Below the pieces are notes generated by a model. The model ran no database searches, was not told the origin of the DNA, and saw only the letters and a program-made list of their open reading frames with translations. A program made the position numbers and the translations under genes. Positions 1 to 14,489 of a stretch of 64,000 nt of DNA are shown here, piece by piece (position 1 is the stretch's first letter; every line of letters begins with the position of its first letter). Origin of the DNA: Octopus vulgaris (taxonomy: Eukaryota); contig OX597832.1 of the NCBI GenBank assembly GCA_951406725.2, forward strand, positions 59,520,001 through 59,584,000, in the 5' to 3' direction.

Positions 1-468
1 CTGTTTCAGATTTTAAGCCAGAGGCCATTAGCCATTGATGGGTCAGGGCTTTGTCGATATCTGCATTATTCGCTCTCTTTAGGTATTTGCCATAGAGAGG
101 TTTTTCTTGCCATTTATTATTCAGAATATCTAAGGCCGCAGTTTTGGCACGGGTTTTCATGCGCCTAGCTTTTTCTGTGCTTGTTTCTTGTATATCTATC
201 TCTAATTCCGAAATTGGTTGTATTCGGAATTCACTTAGATATTCCTTTGCCTGTTTTGTGACTGAGTATGATGCTTTCTTGTTTTCATGTTTTGAGACAA
301 GTTTTAGCATCCAGTCCTCAGAGTTTTTCAGGTAGGTGTCTGGGCCAATTGTAGCAATCTTCATTGTTATTGCCAGTTGCAAAAGACCACGGCCTCCCTC
401 TTTTCTTGGCAGATAGAGTCGTTCTGTATCTGCCTTAGGGTGGTGCATTCTATGCATTGTCAACAGTT
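1..468 (-). mobile_element. 5'-truncated R4/Dong-clade non-LTR retrotransposon (post-RT region), running off the left edge
   Basis: Manual minus-strand translation is open throughout: LLTMHRMHHPKADTERLYLPRKEGGRGLLQL...WQEKPLYGKYLKRANNADIDKALTHQWLMASGLKSET. HHPKAD-RLYLPR-EGGRGL and W-EKPL-G-Y / WL--GLK-ET are characteristic R4/Dong motifs. The 5' junction at about 468 abuts a (TAA)n array. Confidence 0.88.
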
Positions 469-507
469 ATTATATATATTATTATTATATATTATTATTA
501 CTATTAC

Positions 508-576
<69 letters not shown>

Positions 577-659
577 TACTATTATTATTATTATTATCAT
601 TATTATCATCATTATTATTATTATCATTACTATTATTATCATTATTATTATTATTATTA

Positions 660-707
<48 letters not shown>
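469..707. repeat. (TTA)n/(TCA)n microsatellite
   Basis: Directly visible trinucleotide array. Confidence 0.98.
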
Positions 708-708
<1 letters not shown>

Positions 709-850
709 AGCAGTGAGTTGGCAGAATGGTTAGCACGCCTGACGAAATGCTAAGCGGTATTTCGTCCGTCTTTATATCCGAGTTCAAATTCCACCGAAGT
801 CGACAGTGCCTTTCATCCTTTCAAGGTCGATAAAATAAGTACTAGTTTAA
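708..850 (+). mobile_element. tRNA-derived SINE family A, partial copy
   Basis: TGGCAGAATGGTTAG A-box-like and GAGTTCAAATTCC B-box-like motifs, then gcctttcatccttt..ggtcgataaa..agtac block. Matches copies at 15716, 53755 and 57421. Confidence 0.8.
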
Positions 851-3568
851 CACTGCGTGGTCGCAGTCCAATAACTAAAAGAAGTCAGAGATAAAAGATA
901 ACGGATTAGTTTACCTAGGACTACATTATCGTTTTATATATTTTTTGCTTCGTTAATTTTATTCTAAAGTAGAGCTGTTTCATCTTAAATCAATATTGCA
1001 ATAAAAAATCGAACGCTTTCCAATAAATATATTTGATCTTTTCCAGTTCCAAGAGTTTACTTATTTTTGTCTGACATTACAATGAGTTCCAACTTATTTC
1101 CAGACTTACTGCTCTGTTAATTGCTAAATTAATTGTTGTTGGTCATATTTAGGCCTGCATCAACCGTAATTCAGTAGGAATCTCCGATCGAAGGCGTTCT
1201 AGAAATGACCATCACGTTTGTTTCACATAGCGAAATTGGATGACTTGTATATTTATTCTTAATACATTTTGGTAGATTCGAACGTAAATATGTTAATCGT
1301 TATCCGGACAGCCACAGGAAAACAAATTCTCGTTTACTACGAATACATATGCTTAACACTGTCTTTTCATAAGCGCAAGTGCCTCTGGGTCAGTCACCCG
1401 TTTTTACGACATCGTTTTCATTCTCTTTGCTGACCGAGGATATAACAGTTACTCATCGTTTGGTATATATCAGCGCGGATCAGAAAGATCGAGACGCCTC
1501 TGCTTGACGAGATACAATGAAGTTGAAACGCCGGCCGTCGTAGAGTCACTTCTACTAAAGAACCGAGTGTGTCCTGAACACACATTAATCGTAAAGGACA
1601 AGTTACATTCACGTTCGAATCAAGCAGAATTTATTAAGGATAAGTACGTAAACCATAGTTTCGATATTCGCTGTTCACGTCCATATGACCATTTATTTCA
1701 TGTACATTGTTTTAAGTATACTTTAATTTTTCAAAGACTTGCGGCTGCTATTTCTAGCAAATAGAGTGGCTACGTACGGGCTCCCAAATTAGCTCGTAGA
1801 TATGTACTGGGAGTTGATTTTCCTTATTGTTTATGTAAAACCTGTATCAAAGAACAAACAGTTTGATAAATGGAGGCCCTGTTCTCCTGACGTTGGTGTC
1901 TTATGTCCGGTCTGTCAGTTATCAGTTTTAAAATAGCTAGTAAGCCATTTGTTGCTTAATATAGAAGGATAAAATTTCCTATGGGATGGTGATATGCAAC
2001 CTCCTCGCCTCGCCTCCACCCAGCCGTTTTTTTTTTTTTATCTTAACACAATTGTGTTCGTATCACTTTTTAAAAATTGAATGAATACAATATGATAAAA
2101 CCGTAAATTTAAAACCAAATTGAAGATATATAATTCTGTATGTTATCAACGTGTATGGATTCAGGTTTGATAACAATGATTCACCAAGCAATAATGGACA
2201 GCTGATAACAACAATAACAGCAACAACAGCATCAAATGAATACAATAGCCAATATTTAGTAACAACATCAACAACAACAAACATAACATAGTACCAACAA
2301 TAACATCAACGCTGACAATAGGGCGTTGTATATAATTTCAGACCTCTAGACTTGTTCAACATGGGCCTATAGACGGTTTACAGGCCCATATTTCTGCTCA
2401 GCGCAGTCTGAAGAATTTAGAACAAAGTGCTCATCTAGACAATGGTAGCGGCACTAACTGGGCGATGCCAATCAAATTCCAGCCCATATGATACTTAAGG
2501 GGTTAAATCAAACTTCGCTCATTGAAGAGAAATTTCATCCCCAAAATAACTACTAACAAGTGCAGGGATTAAAATTTTTTATGGAACCAATTCTCTCTTC
2601 TTATACGTCCATACTGTTTTATCTAGGAAATTAGGAATCGTAAGGTTTTATTTATTCATTTATTTATTTATACATTTATTTATTTTACATTCCTGAAATT
2701 TAGGTCGATGAAACAAAAAAAATTTGCCTCTCAAAAGAGGCAAATTGGCAGCCGTTAAAGCATCGGATAGAGTAAAAATGTGTTCCTCTTCTCTATGGTT
2801 CTCATTTCGAATCCTACAATGGTCAATGTTGCTTTTTATGCCTTTCGTGGTCGATGAAAAGTACCGATCAAGTTTGATGGATTGATGAAACAGGAAGTGT
2901 TACGTGAAGCGTCATCGCCTTCGGCTCTTTTCGCTTCTGACTGCAACGCCTGCGGTAACATACCCTTTCAACTGGACATCACTGGCGGCCTGACGGAAGG
3001 GATACTTCCATGCACAGACTACAGACAAACATACAAAATTCTTTATTTGCCAAGCCTGTGGTATGAACAAGGACATTCTAGGTGCAAAAGCAACCTATCA
3101 TCATAATCAATGAAGAACGACAGGGGCCGTAAATATATGAAATCTTACCTAAACTCACTCCCCTAATTATTACTAATTCGGTGTGTTGCTCTGGCCTAAC
3201 AATTTAATTATTCTAATTACCTAACCATTGCTTTTTCTAATCGATATCTATACAGTTAAAAACGTTCGATCTTTCCTACTACGTTTTGTCGTCAATGCCA
3301 ATGTAACGGATTTCCCTTTTATCTAACGCAGGCCGAGACAGTATTACACGGATACCACAGTATTTTGACAGCTACCTTCTTTTATGCCATATTCTTCAAA
3401 TAATACAATATTTCATCCCTGATATCACTGACACATAACAGTTATCCTTTTTTTTCCTTTCCTTTTCTTTCTTGTAGCCTTCCTTAGACTTCGATGTTTG
3501 CACAAAGAATAACAATATTTTACGCTCAAATAGATATCCGCATTCTCTTAGTTTATTGTTATTATTTA

Positions 3569-3634
<66 letters not shown>

Positions 3635-5164
3635 TTTATTTTGATGCGAAAGGCAGACTTTTTTGTTTTGCAATAAATTCTGTGTTGTGAATGCTGGAAT
3701 CTTCCTCTAGTGGCTTATGCCATCTTTTTCTTTTCTTTTCTTTTCTTTTTCTTTTCTTTTTTCTTTCCTTATTTTCCTTCATGTATTTTATGACCGTCTT
3801 TCTTCGTCTTTCTCCCAAAACGTTTCCTCTTCTTCTTAGCGTGTTATTCAAGAAGTTATATTTTTCGGTATGTCGAAGCTAAGATCACGGCAGTAAAATC
3901 CTTCAAGACAAAGTTAAGTTCCTCCTACTCAACGAATTCGCTGAAAGGTTTGAACCACTTCCCCAATGTCCATTGGAAATGTATGCATGCGACAAATTCC
4001 GAATCTTCAATTCCAAATAAATAAGCGACATCGTATTTAATTTAGTAAGCATTGTTTATAAATAGCATGAATTTGATAATAGTAAAATAGTTCTTTCTAA
4101 TTTAAGCACAATGCCGGCAATATTGGTTCCAAATTTTGGCACAAGGTCAGCATGTTCAGAGGAGAGTGTAAGTCGATTATATTGACCCCAGTACACAACA
4201 GGTACTTATTTTCTCGATCTCGAAAGGATGAAAAGCAAATTAGATCTCGGTGAAATTTGGACTAAAAAAATAAAGACGGACGTCAAATAAATGCCGTCAA
4301 TAAAGACGGACGTCAAATAAATGCCGTCAAACAGCTCGTCCGGCATATTATCGATTCTGAAAAGCTCGCTGCCTTACACTTTACTAGTAATATTGAGGGA
4401 AGAGGAAGTCTTTTACATCGGACTAAGCGTTCACCTAGGACCAAATTTATCGACATCAAAGTGCGAAAGTCACAGAGTCGACCTCAGCAATATTTTGGAC
4501 TCAGAACGTAACGCTGGAAGTCATTCCGAATCTACTATCTCCACGCCTTAATCATATTAAATTGATTATGTTTATTAGTCCTCAACACGATGGAAGTGAC
4601 CGCAGTGTTTCTTTTTGTGTTGAAGCCAAGCAACTTAAGAGGATTTTGCACGATTTGTCCTTCAGGGAAAAAGAGAAAAATGTAAAATTAGTTGTCACAG
4701 ATCTCAGTACGTGAAAACCACAGAAGTGAAACATTTTGTGTTTGAAGCGTGTCAACTAATTTTTGATTGTGTTGGATGTATTTTTCAATGAAAATTTGAC
4801 TCGAAACATTGTAGTCATTTTCATGTGCTTAGGCAACCCTTTGTTTTCGTGTTTTCTACGGTTGAAAATTCGTAGTCCAGTTTCAATTCTAGTTTCTCAT
4901 TAATTTAAACGAACCGTTCGAATGAAATTCCAGATACCACATAACCCGCTTCTATCATCTTTATATATTTACGGTTTTGTAGTGAATTTGTAAGTTGGAG
5001 TTGACCATATAAAGGAGTACGCAAGAACTCTGTCATGCCCTAAGAGTCTTAGGGTCAGGAAGCCAGAATATAAATGAACGCCACCCTAAAAGAAACGCTA
5101 GTCCGTGGCAGAGTTATTCATTTACAGCTAAACAGACAGAATCAACGTGAAAAGAAGTAAGGTT

Positions 5165-5948
<784 letters not shown>

Positions 5949-7120
5949 AAATATATCGAAATACGAAATGAATGAAGAGAAGAACGACAAACAAAATAGA
6001 AGGTAAAAGGAAAGGATGAGGTGAAGAAAATGCGATGAAATGAAGGCGGAAGGTGCTGGAAGAATTTGATAAGAAAATGGGAAAGGAAATTTCAGATTCG
6101 GAGTAAAACACGAAACGAGCAGAAAGGAGATCCCACGGAATGGTAGAGACGGTGAGAGGTAGAGAACCTGAAGGAGTGGGCTGAGTGAGGTATAGAGAAA
6201 TAGACAGACAGACACACACACACACACACACATACAGGCATATCTCTCTCTATATATATATGCATACATACATAAATTCATATATACATTGATAGGTATA
6301 TGTATGCATGCATATACATAAAAGACTATATGATATATGTGTGTGTATGTGTATGTCTGTGTATATATATATATTTTATATATATACATATATATATATA
6401 CATATATACATACGCACATATATACATACATATATACATATATAGATACACATATATATACATATATATACATATATAAATATGTATATATATATATATA
6501 TATACATATATACATGTATATACATATATGTATATATATATAAATATACATACAGGCATATATATATATATGCCCACATACATGCATAGATGCATTCATT
6601 CATAGGCATATACATACATATGCACACACACGCATATATACACGCATTCACGCAGGGAAGATAGCTGAATCAAAGTTAGACAGATCCGGAGAGAACGGAG
6701 AACGAAAACAGAACTGATTAAATGAAACTGCAGCGAAGACATTCCCAGATTGATTCGGTTACTCAGTTTGCAGAGGGACGACGGAAACGCTCTGAATTGC
6801 GCTTCCCTTAGATAAATATTTTCCTTCACAATGTCATCTATTGATACGCATGCGCGACCGGAAGTTCTATTTCCTAAACACGATACTTTCTTAATAAACA
6901 AGGTATCACGAGAAAAGCTGATCAGTAGTCAAACAAAAACAGGCGTTTCTAGAATTTCCCTGCTGCATTATCTGTTTTCTGTGTCGTATGGCAGTAGGAA
7001 AACGGTGCATTAGTGAAGGAATTTCATGTTGAACGTGTTAATCCCTCCTCGCCATACCCTGACGTCATTTTGTTAATCTCGCTCTCCCCGTGTCTGTCAT
7101 TGTGGATGTATATGTAGGCA

Positions 7121-7503
7121 GTGGAGACGCAATGGCCCAGTGGTTAGGGCAGCGGACTCGCGGTCGTAAGATCGCGGTTTCGATTTCCAGACCGGGCGTT
7201 GTGAGTGTTTATTGAGCGAAAACACCTAAAATTCCACGAGGCTCCGGCAGGGCATGGTGGTGATCCCTGCTGTACTCTTTCACCACAACTTTCTCTCGCT
7301 CTTTCTTCCTGTTTCTGTTGTACCTGTATTTCAAAGGGTCGGCCTTGTCACTCTCTGTGTCACGCTGAATATCCCCGAGAACTACGTTAAGGGTATACGT
7401 GTCTGTGGAGTGCTCAGCCACTTACACGTTAATTTCACGAGCAGGCTGTTCCGTTGGTCGGATCAACCGGAACCCTCATCGTCGTAACCGACGGAGTGCT
7501 TCC
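7121..7503 (+). mobile_element. Full-length tRNA-derived SINE family C with target-site duplication
   Basis: A box TGGCCCAGTGG and B-box-like GGTTTCGATTTCC. Flanked by direct repeat ATATGTAGGCA (7110-7120 and 7504-7514). Near-identical to 11887-12256. Confidence 0.92.
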
Positions 7504-7572
7504 ATATGTAGGCACACGCAGGAAGATACAAATGCGCTGAATATAAACATATACACTTATATGTATATACAT

Positions 7573-7890
7573 TGTGGTACTCCATCGACTACGACGACGA
7601 GGTTTCTAGTTGATCCGATCAACGGAACAGCCTGCTCATGAAGTTAACGTGCAAGTGGCTGAGCACTCCTTTAATGTAGTTCTCGGGGAGATTCAGTGTG
7701 ACACAGTGTGACAAGGTTGGCCCTTTGAAATACAGGAAAAAACGAGAGAAAGTTGTGATGAAAGAGTACAGCAGGGTTCGCAACCATTCCTTGCCGGAGC
7801 CTCGTGGAGCTTTAAATGTTTTCGCTCAATAGACATTCACATCGAAACCGCGATCCTTCGACCGCGAGTCCGCTGCCCTAACCACTGGGT
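7573..7890 (-). mobile_element. SINE family C, inverted copy with internal deletions
   Basis: Reverse complement of 7121-7503, e.g. gatccgatcaacggaacagcctgctc and gcgagtccgctgccctaaccactggg. Confidence 0.88.
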
Positions 7891-8320
7891 ATATGTATGC
7901 ATATCGGTGTTGATGTGTCTGCGTTACGTAACTTAGCGTTTCAGCAAAAGGAGACGATTGAATAAGTAGCAACCTTAAACAAAATAAGCTTCTGATTTCT
8001 ATTCGTTCGACTAATATTTTTTAAAGTGGTGCCCCGGCATGGCCGCTGTATAATTCATGAAACAAATAAAAGATAGAACATAAAAGTTGAATTTATATTC
8101 ATAATCATACACACACATAGACTGAAAGATTGATAGTAACACATTCCTTCCTCCCTTTCTTGCTCTCTTGACATACTCTTTTCCCGACGATGAGCCATGC
8201 TTGAAACGTCAGTACAACTCCTATTTTTACATTTTAAACATCTCAACGAGCAGCATCAGTTTAATATATTCACTGTATCCCTCTAATTTAGATGTTTTTC
8301 CTATTTTGGATCTCTCTCTG

Positions 8321-8374
<54 letters not shown>

Positions 8375-8490
8375 GTTTTACTTGACTTAATCATTAGACT
8401 GCGGCCATGCTGGGGCACTGCCTTGCAGAATTTTTAATCGAATAAATCGACCCTAGTAATTTTTGGTAAGCCTGGTACTTATATATGTAC

Positions 8491-8581
<91 letters not shown>

Positions 8582-8584
<3 letters not shown>

Positions 8585-8860
8585 ATAAAACGGTAAGATA
8601 ACAAAAGAAAGAAAGAGACCTCAATATTATGTAAATAGAGGAAATTTATCTATACAATATGTTACATTACTCGGTAGTCAAGATAAAACTCTGAGTTTCA
8701 GATGCCGAAGTGGAAATCCACAACACCATCTCTTCGGTTATCTGGCTATTTTCTGGCTAAATAGCCAGATAACCGAAGAGATGGTGTTGTGGATTTCCAC
8801 TTCGGCATCTGAAACTCAAAGTTTTATCTTGACTACCGAGTAATGTAACATATTGTATAG

Positions 8861-8863
<3 letters not shown>
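8582..8863. mobile_element. Fold-back insertion in (TA)n with 105-bp inverted arms carrying an HHR-like motif; probable PLE pLTR relic
   Basis: Arms 8647-8751 and 8759-8863 are reverse complements with one mismatch and a 7-nt spacer. The left arm has an extra 65 bp (8582-8646). (TA)n lies on both sides. Confidence 0.8.
8681..8743 (-). ncRNA. Hammerhead-like motif, variant core
   Basis: AGAUAA-CCGAAGA-[GAUG...CAUC]U-GAAA-CUCAGAG-UU-UUAUCU: 6-bp stem I, U4C core, one extra nucleotide beside stem II and palindromic stem III. Confidence 0.55.
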
Positions 8864-8934
<71 letters not shown>

Positions 8935-9087
8935 AATATGAGAGGTTTAGTTCACTGGTGGTCTAAAGAAATAGGTACGCTAAGTCCCACAATTGGTCAT
9001 CCGTTGGGTTCCAAGTTCACTGCTGAGCCTGGAACTAAAGATCCGTATTTTGCTTCCATGTTAGCAGGTATATATTAGTGGCAGAAC

Positions 9088-9491
9088 GAGAATCTCAAGT
9101 CGTTTATATTAATTCGGGAAAGGTAAATTTGAAATCTTACAGCTGTTTCCGGGGTATCCCAAGTGTTCATGCACTAGGTATTCCGTCATCAGAGACAAGA
9201 CGATTATGTATGAACGTTCCAGACAGAAGAATGCGCAGTTTACAAGGAATAAAATGGAAGAATAAAGATTAAAAGTAGATACTGCCTGGATTTACCTCTT
9301 TTTTCTTCTATTTTATACCTGATAAACTGCGCGTTTACCTGTTTAGGACTTTCATACATACTCACCTTGTCCCTGATGACGGAATACCCAGTGTACGGAG
9401 ATGATAGCCTATCACTTGGGATATCCCAGAAACAGCTGTAAGACTTCAAATTCCCCATGCCCTAAATTATTATAAAAGACTTGAGATACTC
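9088..9491. mobile_element. Diverged fold-back element with an HHR in each arm; probable PLE pLTR relic
   Basis: About 9088-9264 and about 9300-9491 are imperfect reverse complements (atctcaagtc/gacttgagat, cttacagctgtttc/gaaacagctgtaag, tattccgtcatcag/ctgatgacggaata). Confidence 0.8.
9134..9196 (-). ncRNA. Type-I hammerhead ribozyme motif, canonical core
   Basis: GUCU-CUGAUGA-[CGG...CCG]-GAAA-CAGCUG-UA-AGAU. A sister motif lies on the + strand at 9369-9444. Confidence 0.75.
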
Positions 9492-10313
9492 ACCCTACTT
9501 TGGTTTTGTTATATATATAGTTCAACCTGGTGCTGCAGCATGGCCGCAGTCAAATGACTGAAGCAAGTAGGCAAAAGTAAAAGAGTACACACACACACAC
9601 ACACGATGGGTTTCTTTCAGTTTCTCTTAACCAGATCCAATGAGAATGCTTTAGTCGGGCCGAGGCTATAGAAGAAGACACTTGCCCAAGATGGCAAGCA
9701 GTGGGACTGAACACCGAACCTTGTGGTTGGGAAGCCAGCTCGTTACCATAAAGCCATGAGCGTTGTGGGTTCATATATGTAGATTATAATTTCGTCCAAG
9801 AAAAATAAACGTAGCTATACATACACTTCAGAATACAGTAAGAACACAACTTCCCTACGATACTTTTAACATGTCCCAATTCTGTCGATATGTAAACTAA
9901 TTATTCACAAGTGTAATACTCCGGGGAAAAGTTAATAGTAAAGATGAGTTTCAGTCCAAAGCCACGTCTGTATGAAAGAGCATGTGAAGCGCTCTTTGTT
10001 TATTTTTTTTATATTTTGTTTCGTTTCCTGTTTTGTATATTTATTCTTGATATTTTGGAATGCGTACTTGAAAGAAGAATGGTTAATATATTTATATATT
10101 TCTACAATGTGTAGCAAACTAAGCAAAACAACTATGTATGCATGTGGTGTATATGCATGCATATACACCACATCACCACATGCATACATGTTTATATACA
10201 TACATAGATACAAATATATATACACGCATAAATACATATAGGTATATATGTATATATATATATATATGTATGTTTAAATATATAAATATATATATATGTG
10301 TATTTATATGTAT

Positions 10314-10367
<54 letters not shown>

Positions 10368-10458
10368 ATATGTATATATATATATATATATATGTATGTA
10401 TATATGTATACATATATGTATGTGTATATATATATATATAAGTATATATATATATGTA

Positions 10459-10528
<70 letters not shown>

Positions 10529-11886
10529 GCTAATGTCGAAAAGTGAGAATGAGTGCTCAATACTGCATTGGCCGAAAAACGTTCTTTGTGGGGAGACTAG
10601 GGTCTTTTCAATTATTAAACTGTAATTTCTGTCTCTCTCACTCTTTTTCTCTCTTTCTTCCGCTCTCCTCCTTACTCCTCTCTCTCTCCTCCTCTTGATC
10701 TCCTTCCTTCACTCTCTTCCTCTTTCTCTCTCTCTTCCACACTCTCTCCTTTTCCCTTCCTCTCTCTCCCTCTTTTTCTCTCGCTCTCTCTCCCTGTCTC
10801 TCCCTCTCTTTCGCCCTCTGTTTATGCGTGAGCAAATTTCTTTTTTATGTGTAAAAGAAAAGGATGTTTTCAATTAATAAATTGTAATATTCCTTTCTTT
10901 CATCTCTCTCTCCCTCCCTCTCTATCCATCTCTCTCTCTCTCTCTCTCTCTCTTTCACTCAATACCTCTAAATGAGTTTGCTTATTTTTGCGCATGCGTC
11001 CGTGTGTGTGCGTATTTGCCTTCAGTGCCGAAAGCTACTGTCACCGAATTATGTTCTATGTCCAGTCCGCCCTGTCAAATCGCAATTGCCTAAACTGCCG
11101 TTCAATGTCGTTTCATTATGGTTTGAGGAGAGCGTCATGTTAGTGAGATACAGACAAGTTCTCCACTAGGGGGCAGAGAAAATAAATTCTCTATAGCTTC
11201 CTCTCTCACGTATTACTAATCTTTAAAATCCATTTGTTGGTTCATTGTTGATGCTCCGCATCGATAAAACCTGAAGAGATTTGAACTGGGAACGCAAAAT
11301 GCTTGAATGCATTACATGCGGTGTTAGCAGTAATTGTAACGGTGGTGTTGGGGTTTATGTTGAAAGAACACCACGAGTGGTGTTGCCTTTGTTTGTAGAA
11401 ATCATCATTAATCATGTAGATGTAGAATAATTTAACGAGTAGGGGGTCAAAATCTGCGAGTCAACTGCTCAATCCGGATAGAGTGTTGTCCTTCAATTCG
11501 ACAAAAGAAATTTAGCCATGTGCTTGCATTTGCTAAAAATTTCGGATCTGAAATTAAATAGTGAAGTTGAATTCTTGAATCTAAAAAAGAATCTGCGATT
11601 TTTCGGATACATACAGCTTACATCTCTTTGACCCATTTAAATATGGAGTAGATTTCTCTACAGTTACAACTGTGAACGAGTTCTTTGGACGGCTTATAAG
11701 TGATAATGTCACAGTTGTAACTATCGAGATACTGAGGCTTGCCCACTCAAACAAGCTTGTTTGATAAACTCATTCTCTTATGAAACCGAATTCACTGCAA
11801 AGCTCCAAGATAGCGCATTCGAAAAGAAATATTACATCGATTTACATCTACCAGCCATCCTTCCGCCATATCTACAAATATAAAGC

Positions 11887-12256
11887 GTGGAGGTGCAATG
11901 GCCCAGTGGTTAGGGCAGCGGACTCGCGGTCGTAGGATCGCGGTTTCGATTCCCAGACCGGGCGTTGTGAGTGTTTATTGAGCGAAAACACCTAAAAAGC
12001 TCCACGAGGCTCCGGCAGGGGATGCTGGTGATTCCTGCTGTAATCTTTCACCACAACTTTCTCTCACTTTTACTTCCTGTTTCTGTTGTACTTGTATTTC
12101 AAAGGGCCGGTCTTGTCACTCTCTGTGTCACGCTGAATATCCCCGAGAACACGTGTCTGTGGAGTGCTCAGCCACTTACACGTTAATTTCACGAGCAGGC
12201 TGTTCCGTTGATCGGATCAACCGGAACCCTCGTCGTCGGAACCGACGGAGTGCTTC
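11887..12256 (+). mobile_element. Full-length SINE family C with target-site duplication
   Basis: Matches 7121-7503. Flanked by CAAATATAAAGC (11875-11886 and 12257-12268). Confidence 0.92.
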
Positions 12257-12655
12257 CAAATATAAAGCAACTAAGTTAGCTAGCTTTATATCGAGGCTGC
12301 GCTCAATCTACGGTCAAGGGGAGTATCGTAGAGAAATCTGTGAACGTTTGTGTAGGCACGTTTATATGTGTAAGCGGTTGTGTAATTTTACTTGAGTTTC
12401 TCGCTTCTTCATGATTCGTCACATTGGCGCAATGTTTTCTGTCTCCATGTACCTTACCTTCACTCTCTCAATCTATTTTTCTCTCTCCATCTTCTCTCTC
12501 TCTCTCCTCTCTCCCTCTCTCCATTTTAACTCACACCCTATCTTTCTACCTTATAGACTTTTCATTTCCCTTCCATGACACATTGTCTCTCCATTTGTTG
12601 TGCGTATACACGCGTACATGTTTACATGTTCATGTGCATGTATGAATATACATAC

Positions 12656-12709
<54 letters not shown>

Positions 12710-12987
12710 CGTGTATGTGTGTGCATATATATATGCTATGTATATATATATATATATATATATATAAATACTCACAAGAGAGAGAGAGAGAGAGATAGAT
12801 AGGTAAACCCATACACTCTCCCTTGCTCTCCTGCTCTCTTATTGTCTTTCTCTCTCTCCTCCTATCTCTCTATCACATTTACTTTCTCTCTTTCTCCCTC
12901 ATTATTTCTCTCTTTCTTACATTCACACCCACTACACCCTCTCACTCGCATCATCTCCTTGTTTCCCTGTTATCCCTCTTTCTTACC

Positions 12988-13021
<34 letters not shown>

Positions 13022-13912
13022 AGTCTTTCTCTATCCCCCTCTCCACTGTGTTTCCAGGAGCATCGAAATCAATAACAGGCTCTTGTTTACATGTGCCTTC
13101 GCCCTCTCTCCCCATCCCCCACTCTCCAGCATACGTTGTTTATTTCTTCCTGCTTGTGTATTACTATTTTTTTTTTCTTTGTCTTCTCCCTCCTACCACG
13201 TCTTTGCCACTCAACTCCCACCATCCTCCATAACAAGTCAATGCCGCAAACACTACGTAACGTTCGTCGACTGCACTTCTACACACGCAACGTCGTATGG
13301 CATTTCTATACAAGCACAAGTATAAATATTCACACACACACACATGCACACACATGCTCACAGAAGCACAGGCATACATATGTACATGCAAAAATACACA
13401 CACAAGAATGTGTGTTTTTGCATATATATATATATATATATATACATATATACATACATATATGCATGTATGCATGTATTATGGATGCGTGTGTGTGAGT
13501 GTGCATGTGTGTGCAAATACCTAATACAAATTAAATATGTAACAGATATACGTGAATATATATGTATATATGTATGCGATGTGTGTATCTAACACACACA
13601 TAAAATATATATGTATTATATATACATACACATACATATATATATATATATATACATATATATATGTATATACACATATATATGTATGTATATACATACA
13701 TATGTATGTGTGTATATGTATGTATATATACACACACATATATAAATATACACAAACATATATATATATTCCATACCTCATATACACATTTACGTATACG
13801 CATGCATGCATACAAAATGTAAGCATATACCGAAACCAACAACATGCTTGAGTGTGTATTCATATATTTACAATTACTCTCCAAGGACGAAAATGGACAT
13901 CCACAAAATACA

Positions 13913-13985
<73 letters not shown>

Positions 13986-14489
13986 ACACACATTGTTCCT
14001 CACTTACTCATACAGAAGCACATACTTATAAACAGATACAAAAATGAAACGCAAAAGAGAACGAGGAAACATTGAGGGAATGAATGAACTAGAGAAAGGT
14101 GGGTGGAACCAAATCACAAAAGGAAGGCGGTGGAAACTTGTAGGATTGAACTCGGGGAAAAACAGGGAAAATCGCAACAATGGCCACTGCATTGATTACG
14201 ACAATAATAATTTAATCGCAATTTGCTACATGATCTCTAATTTTCAGGGGACAGCGAAATCCTTTACATCGACATTCATATTTGACTGGTACTTTATTTT
14301 ATCGAACCCCACCTCCAGAAAAATACGAAAAGCAGAATTGCCCTCAGCCTGTAAGGAGCTGAAATGGATATCACAAGCAATTTATTCTGGCACTCTACCG
14401 ATTTTGGCAATCCACTGCTTATTCTGATATTGCTTTTATTATTTTTTTTATCATTTTTACTTGTCTGGCTTAATCTTCTTTATTCTGTT

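Noticed and set aside
2420-2507. piggyBac-like end (aaggggTTAA)
   Set aside because: No matching opposite terminus or transposase sequence was found.
4271-4330. 30-bp perfect tandem duplication
   Set aside because: It is a trivial slippage duplication inside a decayed SINE A copy.
7121-7200. tRNA genes here and at 11887, 21938, 45556, 49821 and 57421
   Set aside because: They have A/B boxes but no complete cloverleaf and continue into SINE bodies, some with TSDs.
8184-8214. HHR-like ccgacga-tgagc-cat-gctt-gaaa-cg-tc
   Set aside because: It resembles the 26602 motif but stem I cannot be paired, so it is too degenerate to call.
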